Origin: Acidobacteriota bacterium
Lineage (GTDB): Bacteria > Acidobacteriota > CAIWXX01
Reading direction: 5' to 3'
Length of the DNA stretch: 64,000 nucleotides
Assembly (NCBI GenBank): GCA_040755995.1
Contig: JBFMAF010000052.1
Coordinates: 1-64,000 of the forward strand
Below the pieces are notes generated by a model. It saw nothing but the letters and a program-made list of their open reading frames with translations. It had not been told where the DNA came from and did no database searches. The position numbers and the translations under genes are program-made. Shown here piece after piece: positions 40,226-49,119 of the stretch (its first letter is position 1; each line of letters begins with the position of its first letter).

Positions 40226-41524
40226 ATGAACGAACTTGTACTGATCGTCGACGATGAACCGGAGATACTGAATACGCTGTCTTCCGTGCTGGCGGACGAG
40301 GGCTACCAGGTCCTGAAGGCGAGCACGGGGGAGAAGGCAATCGAGCTCTACCGCGAGCGGCGGCCGGCTGCGGTCTTTCTCGACATCTGGCTGCCTGATC
40401 GCGACGGCCTCGAAACCCTCCAGGCTTTACGCCAGATGGATTCGCAGGCCGCGGTGATCATGATGTCGGGCCACGGTGCCACCGCGGCCGCGGTCAAGGC
40501 CATCAAGATGGGCGCCTACGACTACCTCGAGAAACCGCTCTCGTACGGCCCCGTGGTCGATGCCCTGGCCGGCGCCATGGAGAGCAAGAAGGCGCAGGCG
40601 GGCAAGCCCGGCGGCCCCATCCTCGACCTCAGCAGGGCATATGTCGAGGCCCCGCGCCAGTTCGCGCCCCCGCCGGATCTGCCGATCATTCGCACGGCGG
40701 ACGTGGCGCAGAGGACCATCCGTGAACCGAGCGTGATCTACGGGATGGGACTGCACTCCGGCGGCCGCACCGGAATGGTCTTCCAACCGCTGCCGCCCAA
40801 CAGCGGCATCCATTTCGTCACCCTGCCCAACGGGACCCTGATCCCAGCCCATCTCGGCTGCGTGGCTGACACCGAATTCGCCACGACGCTGATGCGCGAC
40901 GGCGAATCGATACGCACCGTGGAACATCTGCTGTCTGCCCTGCATGCTCGCGGCATCACGAACCTGCTGATAAAGGTGCACGGAGAAATCCCTGTGCTGG
41001 ACGGCTCCGCCGTCGAGTTCTGCAACCGAATCGAGGAGATCGGTGTAGAGGAGCAGGACGCACCCAGGAAGGAAGTCATCATCGACCGGCGCTACGAGAT
41101 CAAGAGCAACGGAGATAAGACGCTCGCGATAGAACCATCCGACGTGTTCTCCGTTTCCTACCGCCTCCGGTACCCGCCGCCCGTGAACGAGCAGTCATAC
41201 GAGTTCGCCCTGACAAGCTTCGAGGCCTATCAGGAGAAGATTGCCCGGGCACGCACCTTCGGTTTCCTGCGCGACATCAAGATGATCAACGAGCTGGGGC
41301 TCGGCTCAGGAGGCCGGCTCGATAACTTCATCCTCGTCGGCGACGACAACGTGATCAACACGGAGCTCCGTTTCACGGACGAGTTCGTGAGACACAAGAT
41401 CCTCGACGTCATCGGCGACATGTACCTGCTCGGCTATCCGATGCGGGGTCGCATCACGGCCTGCTACACTGGGCATCGCGACAACATCGCGCTCCAGCGG
41501 GCAATCCTGAGCACCTGGGCCTGA
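40226..41524 (+). CDS. lpxC: Response-regulator receiver domain fused to UDP-3-O-acyl-GlcNAc deacetylase LpxC
   Basis: Receiver: LIVDDE, FLDIWLP, MMSGHG, YLEKP. LpxC: QRTI...GLHSG, TVEHLLSAL, PVLDGSA, ARTFGF, RHKILDVIGD, GH. Confidence 0.93.
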   Translation: MNELVLIVDDEPEILNTLSSVLADEGYQVLKASTGEKAIELYRERRPAAVFLDIWLPDRDGLETLQALRQMDSQAAVIMMSGHGATAAAVKAIKMGAYDYLEKPLSYGPVVDALAGAMESKKAQAGKPGGPILDLSRAYVEAPRQFAPPPDLPIIRTADVAQRTIREPSVIYGMGLHSGGRTGMVFQPLPPNSGIHFVTLPNGTLIPAHLGCVADTEFATTLMRDGESIRTVEHLLSALHARGITNLLIKVHGEIPVLDGSAVEFCNRIEEIGVEEQDAPRKEVIIDRRYEIKSNGDKTLAIEPSDVFSVSYRLRYPPPVNEQSYEFALTSFEAYQEKIARARTFGFLRDIKMINELGLGSGGRLDNFILVGDDNVINTELRFTDEFVRHKILDVIGDMYLLGYPMRGRITACYTGHRDNIALQRAILSTWA

Positions 41525-41538
41525 TCACGCGCCTGCAC

Positions 41539-41766
41539 AAACCGCACGTCGTCTACGCCGGCACCTACTCGGGCCGCAAAGGAAGAGGCGGAGTCTTCAA
41601 GTCCAGCGATGGTGGGCAATCCTGGCGCCTCTTCCGCGATGGCATTCCTCCTGTGCACCGGGACATCCGGAGGATCGTACCCGATCCGTCCGGCGGCCCG
41701 TCACTGAGGCTCTACACATTCGCAGGTGGAGTGTTCGCTGCGGAGGATGATGATGGTCACAGTTGA
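41539..41766 (+). pseudogene. 3'-end remnant of a BNR/Asp-box protein gene
   Basis: Start-less frame KPHVVYAGTYSG...GVFKSSDGGQSW...TFAGGVFAAEDDDGHS*. Confidence 0.7.
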
Positions 41767-41809
41767 CGACGGGCGGTCCATGTGCACGTCTGCTGGGCCC
41801 GAGATCGGC

Positions 41810-41963
41810 CGCCTCCTTCGAAGGGGATGGCGTTTCCACGATCACGGGCGGCACCGGAAGCTTCGTCAGCATTCGCGGCCTCATGCGGATCAGCACCATC
41901 ATCGACCCGCAGGCTGGTCTGCATGAGGCGGAGTATGAGGGCGAGTACTGGTTCCAGGAATAG
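41810..41963 (+). pseudogene. 3'-end remnant of a dirigent/allene-oxide-cyclase-like beta-barrel gene
   Basis: STITGGTGSFVSIRG...YEGEYWFQE* with no credible start. Confidence 0.4.
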
Positions 41964-42137
41964 GGGAGGACTCGGCGACCGGGTGTCTATCGCCGGACGC
42001 GACCGCATCCCCGAGAGGCAGTCCCGGCACGGAGGTACTACACCAGGGCAGACTGCAAGGCCGCAAGGCGCAAGGCGACTTCACTACCCGCGGCCGCGCT
42101 TTCAGGGTATGATTGGAGACGCTGTGAGGAGTCGACG

Positions 42138-43133
42138 ATGGAAATCATGACGAACGCCGACATACGCGAAGAGCTGCAGAACCGCCGGAAGCGGCTCGAG
42201 GCTGTGGTCAGTTCAGTGCCGCTCAGTACGCATCTCGCGGAGCTGATGGAGGAGGTGGATGCGGCGCTGGAGCGGATGAACAGCGGGACGTACGGCCTCT
42301 GCGAGGAGTGCCACGACCCGATCGAGCGGGATCGGCTGGTGGCCGACCCGTTGACCCGCTTCTGCATTGACCACCTGAGCGCCAGGGAACGCACCGCGCT
42401 CCAGGAGGACCTCGACCTGGCCTCGCGCGTCCAGAATGCGCTGCTGCCCAAGCAGATCACGGTGTACAGCGGCTGGGAGATCGCGCACGCCTACTTCGCT
42501 GCCGGCCCGGTCAGCGGCGACTACTGCGACGTGGTCATACCGGAGGACGAGGCCGGGCACCTGTTTCTTGCGATCGGGGACGTTTCGGGGAAGGGCGTCG
42601 CTGCGTCCATGCTGATGGCTCACCTGAATGCCACGTTTCGGAGCCTGGCGCGGATCGGCTTGCCTGTGGGCAACCTGATCCAACGCGCGAACCGGCTGTT
42701 CTGCGAGAGCATCATGCCGGGCCACTACGCCACGCTGGTGTGCGGGCGCGCGGAGGCCTCAGGCGAGATTGAACTCTGCAACGCCGGTCACCCCCCGCCG
42801 CTTCTCGCTCATGGCGGCGATGTGACGCGGGTGGAGGAGGCCGGGCTGCCGCTCGGCATGTTCTGCAGCGGGTACTACAATAGTAGTAAAGTCATCCTCA
42901 CCCCGGGCGACACGCTGCTCCTTTACACTGACGGCCTTACGGAGGCCCGCAACCGGTCGTCGGAAGAATACGGCATCGATCGCCTGTACTGGGCCCTGTT
43001 GGACAATCCGGACGCCGAGCCGCAGGCTCTAATCGAACGGCTCATAGCCGAGCTGCGGGAGTTCCAGGCCGGGGCGCCACAGGTCGATGACATGACGATC
43101 ATGGTCGTCCGGCGCTCCGGGGTGGTGGACTGA
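42138..43133 (+). CDS. DksA/TraR-type zinc finger fused to a SpoIIE/RsbU-type PP2C phosphatase
   Basis: ALERMNSGTYGLCEECHDPIERDRLVADPLTRFCIDH, then VSGDYCD, GDVSGKG, NAGHPP, YTDGLTE, DDMT. Confidence 0.9.
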   Translation: MEIMTNADIREELQNRRKRLEAVVSSVPLSTHLAELMEEVDAALERMNSGTYGLCEECHDPIERDRLVADPLTRFCIDHLSARERTALQEDLDLASRVQNALLPKQITVYSGWEIAHAYFAAGPVSGDYCDVVIPEDEAGHLFLAIGDVSGKGVAASMLMAHLNATFRSLARIGLPVGNLIQRANRLFCESIMPGHYATLVCGRAEASGEIELCNAGHPPPLLAHGGDVTRVEEAGLPLGMFCSGYYNSSKVILTPGDTLLLYTDGLTEARNRSSEEYGIDRLYWALLDNPDAEPQALIERLIAELREFQAGAPQVDDMTIMVVRRSGVVD

Positions 43134-43391
43134 GAGCGCGACTCGGATTCTGCGTCTGAATTCGATGAACAGGCCGGTGGTGTCCGCGACCCGCGTGCTA
43201 CGGCGTGAGCGTACTCCGATCACAGTTTGAACCTGCGAGTAGCAAGGCCCGGCCTCGGACCGACAGGCGTGACGCGCACCCGTACGGGCTCGGGACCAGA
43301 GGCGGGAACGGGTACGTAGCGGCAGCCCGGCGGACACTCATGGAATAAACGCGCGCAGGGGCCGGTAGTGTGTATGGACTCGGGGAGGACT

Positions 43392-43421
43392 TTGACCCCA
43401 GGGGACTTCAGAGGCTAGAAT
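43392..43421 (+). promoter_or_regulatory. Sigma70-type promoter of the T2SS/T4P operon
   Basis: TTGACC-N18-TAGAAT ending 12 bp before the ATG, with no obvious RBS. Confidence 0.5.
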
Positions 43422-43433
43422 CGGCGATTTGCT

Positions 43434-44648
43434 ATGGCTTTGTACCAGTGCAAGGTTGGGACTGAGAAGGGGGAGGTATTCACTCGATCGGTCTGGGCGG
43501 ATTCGGACGAGGAGCTTCGGCGGGAGTTCGAGAGCAAGGGGCTCTTTCTCCTCTCCGCCAGGAAGAACTGGCTCAACGCCCTCTTCAGCCCGCGCAAGCT
43601 GATTTCGCGGGGCGCCATAAAGGAACAGGACTTCCTGATTTTCAACCAGGAATTCGCGGCGCTGGTCCGCTCGGGCCTCCCGATTCTCCGCGCGCTGGAA
43701 GTGATCATCGAACGGCTCCGGGAGGGGTTCTTCAAGGAAACCCTGATCGACATCCGGGAGAAGATAAAGTCGGGCTACCTGCTGTCAGAGGCGTTCCGCG
43801 AGAAGAAGCGTCACTTTCCGCCCGTCTACTCCGCGTCGCTGCTCGCGGGCGAGCGGAGCGGCAACATCGACGCCGTCCTGAAGCGCTATATGGTGTACCA
43901 GCAGCAAATGCTGGCGGCGCGGCGGAAGGTCGTGGGTTCGCTGATCTATCCGGCGGTGCTGTTCTCGATGGCGCTGGGACTTATCGCGATCATGATGGTC
44001 TTCGTGATCCCCAAGTTCAGCGACTTCTACGCCGACTTCGAGGGATCGCTGCCCGTGACCACTCTGGCCCTCGTCGGCGTGGCGAATTTCCTCCATCACA
44101 ACGCCCTTGCCGTCCTGGCGACTCTCCTCGCGCTGGGCCTGATGCTCAGGGCGTGGGCGCGAAAGGAATCCGGGCGGCTGACCCTGGACAGGTGGAAATT
44201 CCGTGTGCCTGTGTTCGGAAGCATCTGGCAGGAGTTCTCGATCTCTCAATTCGCGCGAACATTCGCCACTCTGATCACTGGCGGGATCCCCGCAGTGGAC
44301 GCGATGGAGGTCGCCGGGGGGGCCATGAGCAACTCGTACATGTCGCGCGAGGCGCTGAGATCGGTGCAGAAGGTACGGGAGGGCGAGAGCGTCTCATCGG
44401 CGCTCGCTTCGACGAAGCTTTTTTCTCCGATGTCGCTTGAGATGATCCAGGTCGGCGAGACCACCGGGAGCCTTGATACGCTGCTAAACGAGCTCGCCAA
44501 TTTCTACGACGAGCGGGTCGAGACGCGCATCGCGACCCTCCTGTCGCTGCTCGAGCCGGTCGTCCTCGTCGTGATGGGCCTGATCGTCGCCGGCATGCTG
44601 GTCTCGATCTACTTGCCGTTGTTCAACGTGTCGCGCGTCGTCCACTGA
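43434..44648 (+). CDS. Type II secretion / type IV pilus inner-membrane platform protein (GspF/PilC)
   Basis: LVRSGLPILRAL, AGERSGNI, LIYPAVL, VGETTGSL, LLEP...YLPLF. Confidence 0.95.
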   Translation: MALYQCKVGTEKGEVFTRSVWADSDEELRREFESKGLFLLSARKNWLNALFSPRKLISRGAIKEQDFLIFNQEFAALVRSGLPILRALEVIIERLREGFFKETLIDIREKIKSGYLLSEAFREKKRHFPPVYSASLLAGERSGNIDAVLKRYMVYQQQMLAARRKVVGSLIYPAVLFSMALGLIAIMMVFVIPKFSDFYADFEGSLPVTTLALVGVANFLHHNALAVLATLLALGLMLRAWARKESGRLTLDRWKFRVPVFGSIWQEFSISQFARTFATLITGGIPAVDAMEVAGGAMSNSYMSREALRSVQKVREGESVSSALASTKLFSPMSLEMIQVGETTGSLDTLLNELANFYDERVETRIATLLSLLEPVVLVVMGLIVAGMLVSIYLPLFNVSRVVH

Positions 44649-44750
44649 AAAAAGGGACAAGGGAAAAGGGGAAAGGGTGCAGGCTGAGGTCGTGAAGCGA
44701 ATCCCAGTTGTGTGGGTGAGGGAAGAGCGAAAGGGAAAAGGGTAGAGGGA
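44648..44750 (+). repeat. Purine-rich heptamer-like repeats (AAAAGGG-type) between the GspF and GspE genes
   Basis: aaaagggacaagggaaaaggggaaaggg ... gaagagcgaaagggaaaagggtagaggg. Confidence 0.7.
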
Positions 44751-44751
44751 A

Positions 44752-46380
44752 ATGCCTAGTCCAATGATGGAGAAGCAGGGGAGCATTAGCGAGCAGGAGC
44801 GGGTGCGCGAGGAGGAGCACGCCCGGGCGCTCGCCGCGCGCTACGGCCTCCCGTACGTCGATTTGAACATGGTCTCGTTCGACCCGAAGCTTCTGCGGAC
44901 GATACCGGTCGAGCTGATGTACAAGTACAATTTCATCCCGCTGAAGAAGGTGGGCGGGGCGATTCATGTAGCGATCGCGGATCCATCGGAGTTGCCGCAG
45001 ATCGACGAGCTCGAGCTGCTGCTCGGCGGCAACATCCAGGTCTACGTGGGCACCAACTGGGCGATCCAGGAGACGCTGAAGAAGAGCGAGAGCTCGCAGC
45101 GCGTGCTGGACGAGGCCACCGAGGGGTTCAGGCTGCAGGTGATACCGGAGGAGGAGAACGGCGAGGAGACGTTGTCGATCGACCGGCTCACGACCGACGG
45201 CGCCTCGATGATCAAGCTGGTGGATTCGATCATCTTCACCGCGGTCCAGCGGCGCGCCTCCGATATTCACGTCGAGACGCGCGATCGCGAGGTTATCGTG
45301 AAGTACCGCATCGACGGCGTGTTGTACCAGGCGATGGAGCCGATCGACAAGAAATTCCAGGCGGCCATCATCTCGCGCGTGAAGGTCATGTCGGAGCTCG
45401 ACATCGCCGAGCGCCGCGTGCCGCAGGACGGGCGGTTCCGGCTGAGGCTCAAGGGCAAGACCATCGACTTCCGCGTATCGATCATGCCGAGTGTCTTCGG
45501 CGAGGACGCGGTCATCCGGATACTCGACAAGGAGTCGATCAACGAGTCTTTCGCCGAGCTGCGGCTGGATCTGCTCGGCTTCTCGGGAAAGATCCTGAAG
45601 CAGCTCCGGAAGTACATCGCTGAACCCTACGGGATGGTGCTCGTCACCGGCCCGACCGGAAGTGGAAAGACCACGACTCTCTATGCGGCGCTCTCCGAGA
45701 TCAAGAGCCCCGAGGACAAGATCGTCACGATCGAGGACCCGGTGGAGTACCAGATCGTCGGGATCACGCAGGTCCCAGTGAACGAGAAGAAAGGGCTCAC
45801 CTTCGCGCGCGGGCTGCGTTCCATTCTGCGCCACGACCCCGACAAGATCATGGTTGGCGAGATCCGCGACCCTGAGACTGCGCAGATTGCGATCCAATCC
45901 GCCCTTACTGGCCACCTTGTCTTCACGACCGTGCACGCGAACAACGTCATCGACGTGCTCGGCCGGTTCCTCCACATGGGTGTCGAGCCGTACAACTTCG
46001 TCTCGGCGTTGATCTGCATCATCGCCCAGCGCCTCGTCCGGCTGCTATGCCCCCTCTGCAAGATGCCGGTGCGGGCGGATACGGAGCTGCTGGTGGAGTC
46101 AGGACTGGATACGGCGACCTACCGGGATTTCACCTTCTACCAGGCTCGCGGATGCCCCGACTGCCAGGGCACCGGGTTCAAGGGCCGCTCGGCCATCTCC
46201 GAGCTGCTGCCGTTGAGCGACCGCATCCGCCAGCTCATCCTCGACCGCAAGTCGGTCGCGGAGATCAAGCAGGCGGCCCGGGAGGAAGGGATGACCTTCC
46301 TGCGCGAATCCGCCGTGCAGAAGGTCCTCGACGGGCTCACCACTTTGCGCGAGATCAACAAGGTCACGTTCGTGGAGTAG
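44752..46380 (+). CDS. Type II secretion / type IV pilus assembly ATPase (GspE/PilB)
   Basis: ASDIH, PQDGR, GPTGSGKTT, TIEDPVEY, DPDKIMVGEIRD, CPLC/CPDC. Confidence 0.96.
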   Translation: MPSPMMEKQGSISEQERVREEEHARALAARYGLPYVDLNMVSFDPKLLRTIPVELMYKYNFIPLKKVGGAIHVAIADPSELPQIDELELLLGGNIQVYVGTNWAIQETLKKSESSQRVLDEATEGFRLQVIPEEENGEETLSIDRLTTDGASMIKLVDSIIFTAVQRRASDIHVETRDREVIVKYRIDGVLYQAMEPIDKKFQAAIISRVKVMSELDIAERRVPQDGRFRLRLKGKTIDFRVSIMPSVFGEDAVIRILDKESINESFAELRLDLLGFSGKILKQLRKYIAEPYGMVLVTGPTGSGKTTTLYAALSEIKSPEDKIVTIEDPVEYQIVGITQVPVNEKKGLTFARGLRSILRHDPDKIMVGEIRDPETAQIAIQSALTGHLVFTTVHANNVIDVLGRFLHMGVEPYNFVSALICIIAQRLVRLLCPLCKMPVRADTELLVESGLDTATYRDFTFYQARGCPDCQGTGFKGRSAISELLPLSDRIRQLILDRKSVAEIKQAAREEGMTFLRESAVQKVLDGLTTLREINKVTFVE

Positions 46381-46383
46381 GCA

Positions 46384-47382
46384 TTGATACTGCTGCCGAC
46401 GTTTACACGAGTCAAGAACGCACTCGCGGATTTCTTTGTCCGGCCCCACTATCCGGGTGAAGTCATCGAGATCCTGCAGGATCGGTGCACGGCCATTTCG
46501 GTCCAGCGCAAGAACGGCCGGATTCGAATCCGGTCGGCCGCCGTCTCGGACCTGCCGCGGGGCGCCGTACAGCCCCATTTCTCGCAGAAGAACATGGTCG
46601 ACGAGACCCCGGTGGTAGATACCTGCGCGGACGCGATGAAGAAAGCCGGGATCGAACCGGGCGCCGTCACGCTCCTGATCCCCGAAGGCTGCGTCAAGGT
46701 CACGATCATCGACGACTTCGAATCGCTGCCGCGCGAGTCGGAGTACGTGCGCGAGCTCATCCTGCAGAAGCTGCGAAAGACGCTGCCGTTCCCGACGCAG
46801 GAGGCTGTCCTCTCGTGGCAGGTGCTCCGCAAGACCCCCAAGCCGCTGGTGGTAACCATGATCGTCCACACGGGCATCCTTGCACAGTACCTGACCATCG
46901 CGGAGAGACTCGGATGCCACGCCGGGTGCGTCGACATCCCCAGCTTCAACCTGCTGCCCGTGGTCCATGCCACAGGCGTTCCGCTCGGCGCCGGAGGCAG
47001 CGTCCTGCTCGTGAACGTCGACCGCAATTACCTGTCGCAGGCATTGATCGCCCATGGCGACATGATTCTGTTCAGGACCAAGGCGCGCAGCTTCGTCGAG
47101 ACAAACGGAGCCTCGAAGCCGCTCCTGCACGGCATGGTCGAAGAGGTCCTGACCACCGCGCGCTACTACGAAGACAAGATCTCCGGCGGCCAGCCGGTCG
47201 GGCTCCTTCTCGTTCGCGAGACCGGCGGCCATCTCAACGAGCTGTGCCAACGAATCGGTACCGATACACGGTCCGAAGTCCGGGCCATGGGGATTCAGGA
47301 TATCCTTGCGGCGGATGCCGAGACTCCCAGCCCGGTCATGACCCAGATGCTGCTTCCTCTGATCGGGGCTGCGCTGCGATGA
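46384..47382 (+). CDS. PilM/GspL-like protein
   Basis: Operon position; actin-like pattern ending in LPLIGAAL; TTG start uncertain. Confidence 0.7.
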   Translation: MILLPTFTRVKNALADFFVRPHYPGEVIEILQDRCTAISVQRKNGRIRIRSAAVSDLPRGAVQPHFSQKNMVDETPVVDTCADAMKKAGIEPGAVTLLIPEGCVKVTIIDDFESLPRESEYVRELILQKLRKTLPFPTQEAVLSWQVLRKTPKPLVVTMIVHTGILAQYLTIAERLGCHAGCVDIPSFNLLPVVHATGVPLGAGGSVLLVNVDRNYLSQALIAHGDMILFRTKARSFVETNGASKPLLHGMVEEVLTTARYYEDKISGGQPVGLLLVRETGGHLNELCQRIGTDTRSEVRAMGIQDILAADAETPSPVMTQMLLPLIGAALR

Positions 47383-48008
47383 AGCTGAACATCAATCTCT
47401 CACCGTCCCCTTTCCAAAACCTCAACATCCTCTACACTGCACTGGCCCTGGCCTCCCTGCTCGCCCTCACCCTGACCGTCTACAACGGCTGGTCGGCCGC
47501 GTCCTCCTGGAGGAAGAAGAACGCGTTCATGTCGAAACGCGACAAGACCGAGTGGGACAGTGCCAAGGGCCGCGAGATGAAGCAGAGTCTGCTGGCCGAG
47601 ATCGAGACGCTCGAGAAACGGCCCGAGCTCGACCAGGTGGCGTTCGTGAATCACCAGATCGAGCGCAGGACACTCTCCTGGACACGCCTCCTGGACTGGT
47701 TGGAGGCCACTATGCCGCCGGCAGTCATCGTGACGAGCATCAGGCCTTCCATACCGGAGAAGGGCGAGGGCCCCATCGGCCTCAGTATCAGCTTCAAAGC
47801 CAAGACGCTTGACGCCGCACTCGCCTTCATGAAACGCATGCGGAACTCGGGAGCATTCCCGCAGGTCGTGCCGTTGAGCGAGTCGACGCCGCAGGCGGGG
47901 AACGTGATCGAGTTCCAGGTGCAGGCATCTTACAACCGCGCGGCCGGCACACCGCCTCCGCCCAAGGATGACACGGCAGAAGAAGCAGAGGGAGGAGGCG
48001 AGCCGTGA
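47379..48008 (+). CDS. PilN-like protein
   Basis: MKLNINL start, single TM, coiled coil, SWTRLLDWLEATMP; ATGA overlap. Confidence 0.8.
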   Translation: MKLNINLSPSPFQNLNILYTALALASLLALTLTVYNGWSAASSWRKKNAFMSKRDKTEWDSAKGREMKQSLLAEIETLEKRPELDQVAFVNHQIERRTLSWTRLLDWLEATMPPAVIVTSIRPSIPEKGEGPIGLSISFKAKTLDAALAFMKRMRNSGAFPQVVPLSESTPQAGNVIEFQVQASYNRAAGTPPPPKDDTAEEAEGGGEP

Positions 48009-48556
48009 GAACACAACGAATGCGCGTTGCGTTCATCCTGACGATCCTGCTCGTCGCCGCCAACCTCGCCTTCCTGTACGGGGTGACGCGAAAGTGGAAG
48101 CGGGATGTCGAGGATCTCGGAGAGATGGAACGCCAGAGGCTGGAGAAGATCGCAGCGGAGAAGAAGGAGGTCGAGGATCTGGAGGCCCGCAAGAAACAGC
48201 TCAACGCGGCCCTCAACGACGTGACCTACTTCTTCGACCGCCTGGTCATCAGCGAAAAAGACGGATACGACCGCGTACGCCGCACGCTGCAGAAGCTCTC
48301 CGAAGACACCGGCACAACGATCAACTCCATCAACTACACGCTCGAAGGGGAGAGTGAGCGGCGGCTCCAGGTCCTCGCCCTCACATTCCAGGTCACCGGG
48401 AGTTACGAGCAGATCCGAGGGTTTCTCGCCGGCATAGAAACGTCTCCCACACTCTTGATCGTGGACGGCATAGATCTGACCAGCGGCGGCCAGGCCGAAG
48501 ACAACGTCACGCTGAACCTGAGGCTATCCACGTTGCTCAGGAAAGCAGCCGCCTGA
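48005..48556 (+). CDS. PilO/GspM-like protein
   Basis: N-terminal TM, coiled coil, VTGSYEQIRGFL motif. Confidence 0.8.
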   Translation: MRTQRMRVAFILTILLVAANLAFLYGVTRKWKRDVEDLGEMERQRLEKIAAEKKEVEDLEARKKQLNAALNDVTYFFDRLVISEKDGYDRVRRTLQKLSEDTGTTINSINYTLEGESERRLQVLALTFQVTGSYEQIRGFLAGIETSPTLLIVDGIDLTSGGQAEDNVTLNLRLSTLLRKAAA

Positions 48557-48563
48557 CGCAGCC

Positions 48564-49106
48564 ATGAAGCTAGACTTGACGGGGGTGAAGGTCCGGAAGG
48601 AGTTCGTCCTTCTGGCGATCCTGGTGGGGACCTGGCTGGTGTGGTTCTATCGCGAGCCGCTGGGGTTGGTCAGCGGACGCGGTTCAGCGGCCGCGCCTTC
48701 GGTCCAGACGGTCGCCGCAGCGACCCCGTCCTCGCCGGCAGCGCGTGTGGTGGAGACAGGCGGAGCTGTCTCGCGGCTTCGTCTCGAGCTGCTCAGGAAG
48801 CATGATGCGACGGAGGACTCGGCCTCGCGCAGGAATCCGTTCATATTCCCACGGCCCAAGCCCACACCGGCCGAGCTCATCCAGGATGCTGCACCGCCTC
48901 CCAAGCCGAGACCCACGGCCGATTACCAGGGTTACCTGACCAGTGACGGCAAGCGTTACGCGCTGATCAAGATGAACAATGAGGCGCAGGTGGTGCAGGA
49001 GGGCGGCGGGCTGCCCTCGGGTTACACGCTGGTCAGCGTCTCTCCCGTGCAGATCGTCTTGAAAGACTCGGATGGTGAGACATACAAGTTCGCCTTGCCG
49101 AGATGA
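48564..49106 (+). CDS. PilP/GspC-like protein
   Basis: TM, RNPF motif, Pro-rich linker, C-terminal beta domain; directly before the secretin. Confidence 0.65.
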   Translation: MKLDLTGVKVRKEFVLLAILVGTWLVWFYREPLGLVSGRGSAAAPSVQTVAAATPSSPAARVVETGGAVSRLRLELLRKHDATEDSASRRNPFIFPRPKPTPAELIQDAAPPPKPRPTADYQGYLTSDGKRYALIKMNNEAQVVQEGGGLPSGYTLVSVSPVQIVLKDSDGETYKFALPR

Positions 49107-49119
49107 TGATGGAGAAGCG

